A DNA stretch of 20,000 nucleotides, taken from Perkinsus olseni. Lineage: Eukaryota. Where the stretch lies: positions 45,128-65,127 of the forward strand of contig JABANN010000129.1 of the NCBI GenBank assembly GCA_013115125.1, in the 5' to 3' direction. The notes beneath the pieces are model-generated. The model was given only the letters and a program-made list of their open reading frames with translations, was not told the DNA's origin and searched no databases. The stretch's first letter is position 1. The number at the start of each line of letters is the position of its first letter. Made by a program: the position numbers and the translations under genes. Positions 10,338 through 20,000 of this stretch are shown here, piece by piece.

Positions 10338-11300
10338 GATGGAGAGACTCATAGTAGCCCATCTCGATTATATACATAACGATGGTAGGGCAGCAGCTGC
10401 CTGATGGCAGCACGCATGCGCATGTGGATGCGTGCAGTTCCGTCGGGGCCGACTCGTCTGATCGTGGATGCTCATAGTGACTGGCAAGAGGGGAACATGC
10501 TGGACTGGGAGAGGATGGAGCACCCCATGCTGATTGAGCTAGCTCAGTCTGCTGCAGCCATCCAAGGTTAGTGACAATAACATTCAAGAGCGGGGAGTGT
10601 GACAAGCATGTCACGATTATCGATAGTGCTTGTCTTGGGTGGCATGTTGTACGTGAGTTAAGTAAACTATGAAATCGCTCGGAATTGAAGCACTAGCAGC
10701 TTGAGGAATCGTAGCCTGTAATTTTTACTCTGCCGCCTTGGTCGTCGGTGGCTCCTCAATTCCGTGATCTGGTGAATCTGGAAGCTAATTGTGGGGTAAG
10801 CTGCTTCTCGAGGAGTTCACGTTGATTTCAGCGGCATCGAGGAGAATCTTATCCCGGGTACAAGCCGGAAATATGACGCGGCCTGACCTAGTCGACCAAT
10901 CCCTCTACACTCTCGGCCTGGAAAGATGTGCGCGCGAAAACAACGACAGTTACGAGAAACTTGCTAAAGTAGTTCCGTCGATGAGCTAGCTGCTGGCTAT
11001 CGATGGACCGGCAGATCCTCACAGAGGTGTCCAAGCTAGATGAGAACAGCTACTCTGAGCTGCTGGAGTCCAGTAGAAAGGCTCAGGAGATGGCTAGCAA
11101 GAAGTGGAAGAGGACGGGGCAGTCGGTGGGGAATCCCCACTGGGGATGAGGCCCCTCGACGACGGGGAAGTTGACAACCGCATGATGAAGCATGATGAGC
11201 TCTGACAATCACTGGATTTCCTTTCCTGAGATATTTGCGTATTCTGTCACTTCGCATGGGAAACCGCCTTTGAACGAGAAAGGTGGCTCTTCACACGACA

Positions 11301-11364
11301 TTTTTCTCCTTTTTTCTCCATTTTTCGCAATTTTTCCAATTTCGCACATATTTTCCCAGTTTTT
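11301..11364. repeat. 10-bp phased T-tract array
   Basis: tttttctcct tttttctcca tttttcgcaa tttttccaat ttcgcacata ttttcccagt tttt: T4-6 runs recur about every 10 bp for 7 periods. Confidence 0.75.
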
Positions 11365-11416
11365 GGCACCCCCCTGGCAGCATCTGTGTATCTGATTATT
11401 CTCTTTCCCTGATTGT

Positions 11417-12576
11417 ATGCGACCCTGTGATGAAGTTGGCCACTATCGCGCATACTTCGACTCGGTACTACTACCCGCGCGGACTGTCAGCTTCTGACTG
11501 TCCTTTCAAGCCAGGTTGTTGATACGATAGAAAGGAATGTAGCTCATGTGAACGCCCTTTACGTTCTATTTACCCATGGGGACAAAAGAATACAATCCCG
11601 CATCACTAAGTAGGCGGAGCGGAGCTCAATCGGCATAGGCTCTCCATAGAAAACAGGTACTTAACCAAGCGGGAGGCCTTCGTTCTCGGCGCGACATGTA
11701 CGAAGCTGTACAGAAGCATCGTGCTGCCTTCGTTACAGGCGGGCGGCGTGAGTCTTGGTGAGCGCCGGGCGTCCTCTCCCTCGTCGAAGAGGCGCCCTTT
11801 CCCTGGGAAGGTCCACCGATGATGAAGGCGTTTGAGTTCTTACGCAGTATCGAGTCGGGTCTTCCAATTGGCGAGGGAGAGCTTCGCTCCGCCTATGGCT
11901 TTTACCGGAGAAAAGGCCTTCCCCGGCTGCTAGATGCTATACGCATTGTGGACCGCATGACGGACCCTCTGCCGGATGAATTTGTCGTGACTGTACGTTG
12001 CCTCCATCGTGCTGGAAGAGCCATCAGTCTTGCAGGTCCAGCGGTTCATATTCGGAAGCGCTTCTCAGTCGCAACGAGGGTTCTCCAAGGCTTTCAGATC
12101 GTAACGCGTTGCCTTGCGGAAAGACGCTACGTGGCCCTTGCTCTTTTGTCAGGTACCTCAATCGTCGTCATCAACTACTGGCTTCATTCCGGGTGACTAT
12201 CTTGGGTGATCCTCAGTCCCGACTACACCTGCTTCATAGGGATATCGACCTGTCGGCCCTGATTCTCCTCCCGCCACAGCCGAGCTATTGATGCCACCTA
12301 AGCCTCGGGGGGTACACGCCTCTACCGTGACCACGCGGAGAGTGTTCTCCGTAGGTGTATAATATGCTGTTGAACAGAGCTCTGTTCGAGAAGTTCGATA
12401 CTGACGCTGACGGCGTCCTCTCTGTCGCTGAGCTCGCTAAGCTGGTGAACTCCAACAGCGCATTGGTCGCTAACTCTGATAGCTCAGAAGCTTTTAGGTT
12501 GAGTCTGAGCTGAATGTGGATCCCGCAGAGAGCGTTGCTCTGGCTCAAACTCTCGTTGGAAGGTGAGTTGAAGTAA
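11417..12576 (+). CDS. Multi-exon hypothetical protein with C-terminal EF-hand
   Basis: Exon chain MRPCDEVGHYRAYF../VVDTIERNVAHVNALY../MMKAFEFLRSIESG..PDEFVVT/..YLNRRHQLLASFR/GYRPVGPDSPP..VHAST/VYNMLLNRALFEKFDTDADGVLSVAELAKLV../RALLWLKLSLEGELK*. Canonical EF loop DTDADGVLSVAE at 12397-12432; TAA at 12574-12576. The start and 5' exons are tentative. Confidence 0.65.
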
Positions 12577-12577
12577 A

Positions 12578-12650
12578 TGCGGCCTGCGAGGATCGAACTC
12601 GCGACCTTAGGATTATGAGACCTACGCGCTACCTACTGCGCCAAAGCCGC
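12578..12650 (-). tRNA. tRNA-Met (CAT), elongator type
   Basis: Minus strand GCGGCTTTGGCGCAGTAGGTAGCGCGTAGGTCTCATAATCCTAAGGTCGCGAGTTCGATCCTCGCAGGCCGCA is 73 nt and folds as a cloverleaf with anticodon loop CTCATAA. G1:C72 and T loop TTCGATC indicate elongator rather than initiator. Confidence 0.97.
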
Positions 12651-12676
12651 GTTGTGCTTTTTATTCGTCGTTGAAC

Positions 12677-15670
12677 ATGCATGGAGAGATATGGCTCAGT
12701 CAGCTCCGCTTTTATTTTAGGATCGGCCATCCGGAAGCGCACCCTCCTCCAGCCCAGGCGGGCATCAGGTGGCCGTCATTCAACTCCTGGTGGAGTCTCA
12801 TTCAAGTCAAGTGGCGGAGCCTACTCGCCAACTCTCCGCCACACGGCGCAGGCGTGAAGAGCAGAACGCTGCCACCATCCGTCCCTAATGAGTTGCAATC
12901 TCGCTCAGAAACTAGCAGAACTTCTGGAAGCATCGGTGGTCGCAGCCAGCCGGCCCCTGCGGTCAACTCTCCACCTTCGAGTGAATCAGGTCGAGAAAGC
13001 AGTAGCGCTGAAGGTGTCATGGATCGTGCGGTTGATGAGACTCCCAGCGAAAGTTCCGTTATGTCTTCGAGAAGTTCCGTCGAGGAGAACTCTTCGGCAA
13101 GCAGCCCTCGTGAGGCTTCTCACTCCTCAGCTACGTCAGTAGGCAGCAGCTCATCCAGCGAAGACCATACTTCCTCGATGGCCGCAACCCACTCTGAGGC
13201 TGATGACTCATCCGACCAGTCTGATGGGCGGATTTCCGACAAGTCCTCGGGGTCTTCGGGTGGCTCCTCTGCGGCCGGAGACGCTCCCAGCGTCGGCTCA
13301 AGCTCGCGAAGCCAATCTGGCACTGACCTCAGCGGTGCTCACGGAACCGAGACAAGTCCGCCATCATCGAGCGAGCACCCATCTTCTCGCAGTAGCGCGT
13401 CTCCAGTGAATGAGGGATCCCTCGCCTCAAGCGGCCACGGTTCATCTAGCAGAAGAAGTTCCCTCCCGTCTAGCAATGAGCGCACGATCCCTGGTAGCAG
13501 CACGTCCGGATCAGTTGTCTCCTAGCGGGAGCATTCATAGTTGAGTATCCTGGGATGGTACCCTAGACTTTCAGGGTCTTCCTCCGATTTCTGCATGCCC
13601 TTCCGTCGCCCTCAGCTGTTAAGTGACTCTCAGTACCACGACTGCTTCTCCGAGGCCTCCTCTGAAGGCCCCGCCGAGCCTCAGCAGGCCGCCTCCTCGA
13701 GTCGCCCCAGCGGCGGGGAGTCGAGGATCCTACCTGGTTACGAGATGGGCATAAGCATGCAAAGCGGCGAGAACAGTCGTGTCAGTCGTGTCGGCCGAGG
13801 CGATGGCAGCAGCCCTGCTAAGGCACAGGGAATATCCCAGCTGAAGTGCATCGGCTCCCAGGACGAGTCCAGTGTCCTGCTCAACGACGACGTCAGTCCG
13901 AAGGCCCCGCAGCCAAACGGAGGTGCCTCCTCGGCGAGCGGTGCAGAGGTGACCGGTCTGCCGCCGATCAGCCCCAACGTCCAAGCGGACTCAAGCCAGC
14001 TTGCTGAGGGGCCCTTCCCTAGCTACGTCTACACCCCTGCCGACCTCTCGGTGTCTACTCCCCTTCTGATGGGACAGACTGTGGAGCACAGCCACGTGTT
14101 GGGCCCGAGCTTCTCGCTCAATCGAACTAGTGGAAGTCTTCCGGCGGGGTATCGGAGGAGCGCTGGGCTCTCTCAGTTGGACAGCATCCTTGGCGAGGGC
14201 CCGGCTGCTGCTGCTGCTGTTAGTCAGGAGGTGTTTGAGCCCTCCCAAGTGTGCCACCACGAGCCTTCCCAGTCTGTGTTGATCGCCGATCCCGAGCCGG
14301 AGAACGGCCATGATGTTGTGGATTTGACTGGTGGGAGTACCCCGAGAGTAGCTGTTGGTCCACGGGTTACAAAGAGCGAGCCCCTGGTGAAGGACGAGGA
14401 ACCCGACGTCTCGGATGGACAGGCAGCGGCGGGTCGGTTACCCGCCTCGTCCCAGCCCCTGCCCGAGGTTCCGGACGATCGGTCTTTCGAGTCGTCGTTG
14501 GAGATAGCACGACGCTTGGGGTTGCTCGAAGACTCGGCTGCGGTGGTCGATGACGCCGGGGCCTATCCTTCCCTCGCTCCGCCCGAGGGTTCGGAACTCC
14601 TACCGGATGAGATGGAGACAACAGCTGTGCAGCCAGCGGAGACTAGGGGCGATGAGAGTACACCGAGAGGCTCTGATGAGGGGGAGTCCGAGACGACCTC
14701 AGAGGGCCTAGCGGACGGCAGTGAGGGGTTGTCACCGAGAACAGAGTCTGGAGTTGATGAAGGGAGCGAGGAGTGTAGCGAAAGTGCTTATGATGATGGA
14801 AGTGATGGTCTGCAGTCCGACTCCGAGCCCGGGGAGGAGCCCACGCCTGAGAGGTCCTCGAGTTTCGAGCCCACGGCGATGCAGGACGAAGATGAGGAGA
14901 CTGCCTCCATGCTGCCGAGAGAAGATTCCGAGGAAGAGTCTGAAGAGTATGCCACGCACAGCGAAGAATCAGAAGGTGAATCGGCATTGGACACGTCCGC
15001 AGTACTGGAAGAGGGGCCATCTGAGAGCTCCTCGGACGACAGCTGCATCAGCGAGGCTACTGCTGGTGTTGAGGGTCCTCTGGGTGGCCCCCAGACTGGT
15101 CCTTCGGGCGAGGCTGGATCGACGCCTGGTAGAGGGCCGGGCGGAGATGGCCATTCGATGGACTTCGATGAGAGCTGCTTGAGTGCGAGGAGAGTGACGG
15201 ACCCCGCCACAGAGTTCCGAACGCCACTTTCTGAGGCCGGGGTCGATGCTGATATGACGATGGTCTCTCTTGATGGATCCTTCCTAGTGGAACGAGGAGA
15301 GGATGGTGGGAGTCGGAGGAAGTCTAGGAGGAAGCGACGACGATCTGAGACGAGGAGGAGTCTGGCGGGGAAGCGGTGCCGGAGGGAGGAAGCCTCGGAG
15401 CTGAGGAAGGTGCCAGAGAGATTCAGCCCGCGTTTGATGTTAAAAGTGTTCAGTTTTCTCAAGCTCAAACCACCCCTTACCGAGATGGGGTTGGAAACAC
15501 ACCAGGACTTCCATGACGAGGGTGGAGCCAGCCCGCATCAGAACTGCGTCGCCGGTCGTCTCGGTCATGGAGTTGCGAAGGACCGGCCACCGCGAGTCTT
15601 GAAGCCGCTTAAAAGTAGGAAGGGGGCGGCTGATCCGTATGCTGCTGCCAGGCGACGTTTGCAAGAATGA
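12677..15670 (+). CDS. Large Ser-rich / acidic intrinsically disordered protein with basic NLS-like cluster
   Basis: ORFs 12671-13525 (Ser-rich) and 13541-15670 (acidic, then RRKSRRKRRRSETRR) are in the same frame. A phase-compatible GT..AG intron at 13494-13574 would remove both in-frame TAGs. The true start is uncertain. Confidence 0.7.
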
Positions 15671-15849
15671 TCGTTATACTCGGCAGACTACACTGTATTA
15701 ATTATTGCATCTTCTTTTCTGCATGGACGGAGGGCTCTCGTTGAGTGGGGTTACTTCAGGAGTGTTCTGACCAGTAGTGGCGAGCACGGCGCTGTCATGG
15801 GGGAATCTTATTTTACAGAAAAAGGTCTAGCAATGATACAGCATGTTTG

Positions 15850-16700
15850 AGAGACTCGAGTCTGTAGTGTTCATCGGGAAAGGCATGCGGAGGGAGCGAA
15901 TTCCAAGAATCAGGAACGCGGCACCAGCGGCGATAAATCGCCAAGTCGTTTTGCATCTTCGTCACGGCCAACTGGTATGGGCGCAACGAAGACTTCGATC
16001 GTGTATTGTAACCGCCTTGGCTGTAGGAACGCCTTTGGGGACCTTCTTAATCAATATAGATTGCCCACCCAAATTGAGCTGAGCGACATGACAATGCGCG
16101 CAGACTGGAACTCGACTGCATCAGCGTTGGTTTCAACAACACGCTGTGAAGATGGAATTGTCTTTATGCAGGAGAACGGTAGACTCATGAGCTCATTATT
16201 AGGAGTCCTAACTGTGAGCCTTGGAGGGAAGAATCACGACCTGTGCGTTGACGCATACGAGCGATGTACTTTACCGCGGTCGGGGTATCAGTAGGCTGTA
16301 CTCTTGATTGAAAAGCCCTTTAATACATCGAGCAGTACATGGTACAAGGTCGTGTCTCCACGCTGGAGCGGCCGCACTTGCCTTTTGCTCGTCAGCAAAA
16401 TGTGGTACATGCAAGGTACAATTAGCCACGTCGTTCTGCTGGCCGGCGGCCCTACTCGTACGGAACCGTGAAGAAGCCCACTGCACCCATGACGATATTG
16501 TCGAGTTTAACTTGAGCAAACGGTCGCATCACAAGACCAACACTTCTTCGACTCTCCTTCGCGTTTCGTACCCACCTGGGGAACCGCTCTTGGTCTTCAC
16601 GCAGCCCTTCACGAAGGATCCTGCCCCCTCCCGCCTGACGGCCAGGCTATCATCATCCGACGGTTCGAGTGTCATTTGGTGGTAGCATTAGCACCATCCT
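15850..16700 (-). CDS. Possible multi-exon hypothetical gene
   Basis: Minus-strand blocks flanked by GT/GC..AG read MTLEPSDDDSLAVRREGAGSFVKGCVKTKSGSP / VKLDNIVMGAVGFFTVP / QNDVANCTLHVPHFADEQK. No recognisable family, and plus-strand ORFs compete. Confidence 0.25.
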
Positions 16701-17595
16701 CATCATCTAGTTAACGTGGTTGGTCAAGTTCTTCCTGAGCTTTTGATTGACTTCTCCTATATCTGGGTAATGTGTTCCCTAACTTAGATTACACGGTGAA
16801 GAATCCGGTCGGACTATCCCGGCTTAAATTCCCTGGAGAATCTTCCTCCCGCTTCATTGTGTTGTGCAGACTTCAGTGACGGTAAGAGTTCTATCGCCTC
16901 TTCGCTGAGACGAGCGGTATCATATAACTTCGAGCGAGTTGCGCTCGGAGTGGTCACGACTTCCATGGTGATTGTCTCGGCACAGACCGAGACCCGGAAC
17001 AGCGCGCAGATAGCGTGTGGTTATCGAGGGAAACACTAAGTGCTTGCGTGGTATAGCGAGGTGGAGCCTACGTTAGATCGTGAATAATGTGGTGGACGGC
17101 TGCCTCACGTCCAGAACCATCGGACGATCCTGAACTCATACCGACTGAGCATCTTCACACTGGCCTAGGTTCGGGTTAGCGAAGACAGTATCAAATGCAC
17201 AGGATCCCCCACTGGTGTGAACTCGAGAATCATGCGATAAAGAGACGATAGTCGGTGAGAGAAATCACTAATGGTACCGAATAATGCGAATGCAATGTGA
17301 GGTAAAATAAGCCTCGTGTGACAACCGAAACAAGAAGTGTTAGAGACGAGTTGCTCGTCGCTGGGCGACGTTGATCTCAACGTTAATAAGAGGACGAATA
17401 GCGAAGCATGCTGCTGCGAGACAGCGGAGCGGCCGAAGGTGAGACAAAGCTGATCGCCACTGAAGATCCACAGAACGATTCGCCGCCATCTGGGATGCAG
17501 TTCACCCTGATATCGCGAAGGCAACAATTTTAGTAAAGTGCAGGTTGCTCGAGCAGAACAACCGCGAGAATAGGATGGGAGAGGTCTACACCACC

Positions 17596-18224
17596 TCACA
17601 TCACAATCGTCAAGTTCGCTGGGTGAACCCGAAGTCTCTTGCGGACACCCAAGACGTGAGGAGCAGCGTAACCATAGAGATGAACCTCAAGGGGACCACG
17701 CATCTCCAGACTTGTACCATCTCTAATTCGGGCCAGCAGTGCCGCATTAACGGCTCTGTAGGCACGTAGCTCTCCTTGGACCGTGATCACGCAAGGCGAA
17801 CACCCACCGGAAAGAGAAAGAGTGGGAAGTGCCAAGTCACCCAATGTCGAATCAGAACTATCTTTGCGCAGGTTGATGGTGATAAGCCCTAATGTGAGAT
17901 CGGCAGGTAACGAAACATGAAAGATTTCGAAAACGAATCGGCCTCTGTAACAAGCTCCTCGATGACCATTAGGGAAGCAAAAAATCTCCTTCCTAAGTGT
18001 ATCTCACTTATGGACCACTCGGACTCCGCGACGAGCATCTCGGCCATGTAGGGCACGGCGACGTACTGGAATAAAAGTCGTCCAATTACCGCAAGCACAG
18101 AGGAGAGTAGAAAGAGGTGCAACACCAGAAGAGACCAGCGTGAGGTTGCAGACGACTTCTTCTCAGACGGCGAACTGTCGGGGTTGGATGAATTTTGTTG
18201 GAGGAAAGAGGAGCGGGAAGCCAT
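17596..18224 (-). pseudogene. Type II single-pass membrane protein paralog A, interrupted by a 1-nt frameshift (~17979-17994)
   Basis: ATG at 18224, directly after a pyrimidine-rich CAG. Frame 1 is MASRSS..LLVLHLFLLSSVLAVIGRLLFQYVAVPYMAEMLVAESEWSISEIHL. It continues in a shifted frame as KEIFCFPNGHRGACYRGRFVFEIFHVSLPADLTLG..LGDLALPTLSLSGGCSPCVITVQGELRA..NAALLARIRDG..HPANLTIVM*. This is collinear with paralog B. Confidence 0.8.
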
Positions 18225-19013
18225 CTGGGGGAAAGGTGGAAACCTCACACAGGACGCTCACGACAAGCCAGCGGAATTGCTTTGAATTCTGTCATGAACC
18301 ATCGTGAACGGTCAACTGAACCCGGTGAGATCAAAAGACCAAAGACGTTGAATACATAACATTCGCCGACCGCCGTTGAACATTGCTCCTAGTGGATCCT
18401 GAACTCAAGACGAGGTTATCGAAAAAAGAAGGCGAACGGTCGCGAGGAGAAGTAGGAGGAGCCACTCGGTGACCAGTAAAACAATATTACCAGATAACGA
18501 CATTGAAAGTTGAAGGATTTCACGTCGAGCATCACGGCCACCTTAAAGAGAACGAAAAGGGAGCTGGCCGCTTCCAGTATTGTGCTGAAAGTCTTGACGC
18601 TCATGAGAAAATGTTTGAGTAAAAGTCATGCCTGCCGTTATGCTCTAGTGTGAGCGCAGGAAACCCTACTAGAAGAACCGGAGTTATGGTACTGGCAGGG
18701 AAAGTCGGAGGAGATTCCATCATCTATAGCCCTGGTAACAGAGCATACCTCATAGACTATCTGAAAAACCAAATTGAGAAATTTCGCCGATGACTCCAAG
18801 ATACCGACCTGTAACATCAATCTGAGGCGTCAGAGAGACGGGCTCGACGGCCGGTCGTGGGCGACTTGAAAAAGCCCAACCGCCGTCAATTCCTCGAACG
18901 CTCCATGTCGAGCAGGGGAACGACCGCATCAGAAAGAGGTCTCCGTCCGAAAGATGCTGAAAAACGTGGCCAGCCGCAGCAGCTGATGATGATGACGGGG
19001 GTAGTGACGGAAC

Positions 19014-19646
19014 TTATACGGATACCGTGATGTTAGCAGAGCGAAGCGATAATGTGTGATTGAAGTTCAGGTTGCGGGTAATGAAGCCGAACAGGTTGAC
19101 GTCCGACGAGTCCACCATCATCAGGCCAGAAGCACCCCTTAGCCTCGCTAGCTTGACTGCATTCAGGGGGGACGGAGCTCGCAACTTGCCGCTACTGGTG
19201 AGCACACAAGGCGAGCAGCCATCAGAGAGTTCAAGAGGAGGGAGGCGTAGAGTAGCCAGATTCCAGCTCGTACTGCCGTCGATAACGTGAAGCTGGGGAC
19301 GGACGAACATGAACTCGACGGGAAATTTTACATTGGTGATCTCGAAAGTGAAATCGGTGTCATAGCAAGTCTCCTTCCGTCGCTCCTCGAAGATGAATAA
19401 GCAAGGCACCTCCTTCTTGATGTGCATGCCACGCAACAACCAGCTCGATTCCGCGATGAAGATCTCGGCCAGGTAGGGAACGGCGACGCTTCGGAATGAA
19501 ATTTTCACGACCACCGTGAGCACAGCAAAGTGCAGGAATGCATGAATGACCAGCAAAGTCCGGCGCTTCCTCGCCGCAGTGGCTTCACTCTCGCGAATCG
19601 AGCTGCAGCTCGGCAGCGGGAGCCCGGGCGCCTCTCTTTTGTCCAT
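19014..19646 (-). CDS. Type II single-pass membrane protein paralog B (intact, ~210 aa)
   Basis: ATG at 19646, after a pyrimidine-rich CAG. MDKREAPG..RKRRTLLVIHAFLHFAVLTVVVKISF (basic cluster plus TM), then VAVPYLAEIFIAESSW, TCYDTDFTFEI, LSDGCSPCVLTSSGKLRA, NAVKLARLRG and RSANITVSV*. These motifs are shared with paralog A. Confidence 0.8.
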   Translation of the reverse strand: MDKREAPGLPLPSCSSIRESEATAARKRRTLLVIHAFLHFAVLTVVVKISFRSVAVPYLAEIFIAESSWLLRGMHIKKEVPCLFIFEERRKETCYDTDFTFEITNVKFPVEFMFVRPQLHVIDGSTSWNLATLRLPPLELSDGCSPCVLTSSGKLRAPSPLNAVKLARLRGASGLMMVDSSDVNLFGFITRNLNFNHTLSLRSANITVSV

Positions 19647-20000
19647 GTGCTGACGAAGGGGGGAATGATTTGCCCCTCGTTTAACGAACAAACGCTGAAA
19701 CTCGGAAATTTGATTGAATTCCACAATCCTAGGGTTAGGAGAAGTTCTAACCAGCCAAACACGAGCCTGTAGGTTGTATCCGGGTATCCAGGTGTGAGTC
19801 GTGACCGGATTCCCTCCTACTGGTTGCGTGGACACATCGATGGAGCACTAGAGATCTGAGTGGCTGGGAGCAGTGCAGACTTGGTGGTAAGGCGCCGGGT
19901 TTGCCAAAAACCATAAACTGTCGCGCTAGCGACACATCAGCGAGCCTGGGCAGGGCCCCGGGCGAGCGCACAAATCCCCCGGCGACGACCGGCTCTAAGG

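Noticed and set aside
10400..11200. Possible minus-strand multi-exon gene
   Set aside because: Exon-like fragments could not be joined into a phase-consistent model.
12219..12270. Kinase-like LHRDI motif in ORF 11998-12291
   Set aside because: It straddles a probable intron/exon boundary. The frame that joins the EF-hand exon is GYRPVGPDSPP, and no other kinase motifs (VAIK, DFG, APE) are present.
13523..13540. Two in-frame TAG codons between same-frame ORFs, suggesting stop-codon readthrough or reassignment
   Set aside because: A phase-compatible GT..AG intron (13494-13574) removes both, and the long intronless ORFs elsewhere contain no internal stops.
12802..15664. Many overlapping antisense and alternate-frame ORFs
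   Set aside because: Expected shadows of a GC-rich low-complexity CDS.
17990..17997. CTTAGG resembling the Ty1 +1 frameshift site or Perkinsus mitochondrial AGG frameshifting
   Set aside because: CTT-AGG is not in the upstream reading frame, and the required shift is -1, not +1.

Overview
Gene-dense eukaryotic genomic DNA with many short GT-AG introns and short intergenic gaps. The architecture is most consistent with a perkinsid alveolate such as Perkinsus; this is inference from gene style and was not tested. Features I can support: a 7-exon SF3A2/SAP62/PRP11 gene (41-2667); a 3'-half tRNA fragment (2713-2753, minus strand); a multi-exon gene whose N-terminus looks like a UBE2J-type E2 fold lacking the catalytic Cys (2987-~4850); an intronless secreted, probably GPI-anchored S1/P1 nuclease (5615-6712); a multi-exon Rubisco-LSMT/SETD3-like SET-domain gene (~7930-10337); an EF-hand gene (11417-12576) abutting an antisense elongator tRNA-Met (12578-12650); a large Ser/acidic low-complexity protein (~12.7-15.67 kb); and two tandem paralogous type II membrane proteins on the minus strand, one broken by a 1-nt frameshift. 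I saw no transposase, CRISPR array or prokaryotic system, and nothing here is a clear-cut novel system. The best leads are the pseudo-E2, the frameshifted paralog, the surface nuclease, the tRNA half, shared intronic motifs and a 10-bp-phased T-tract array.
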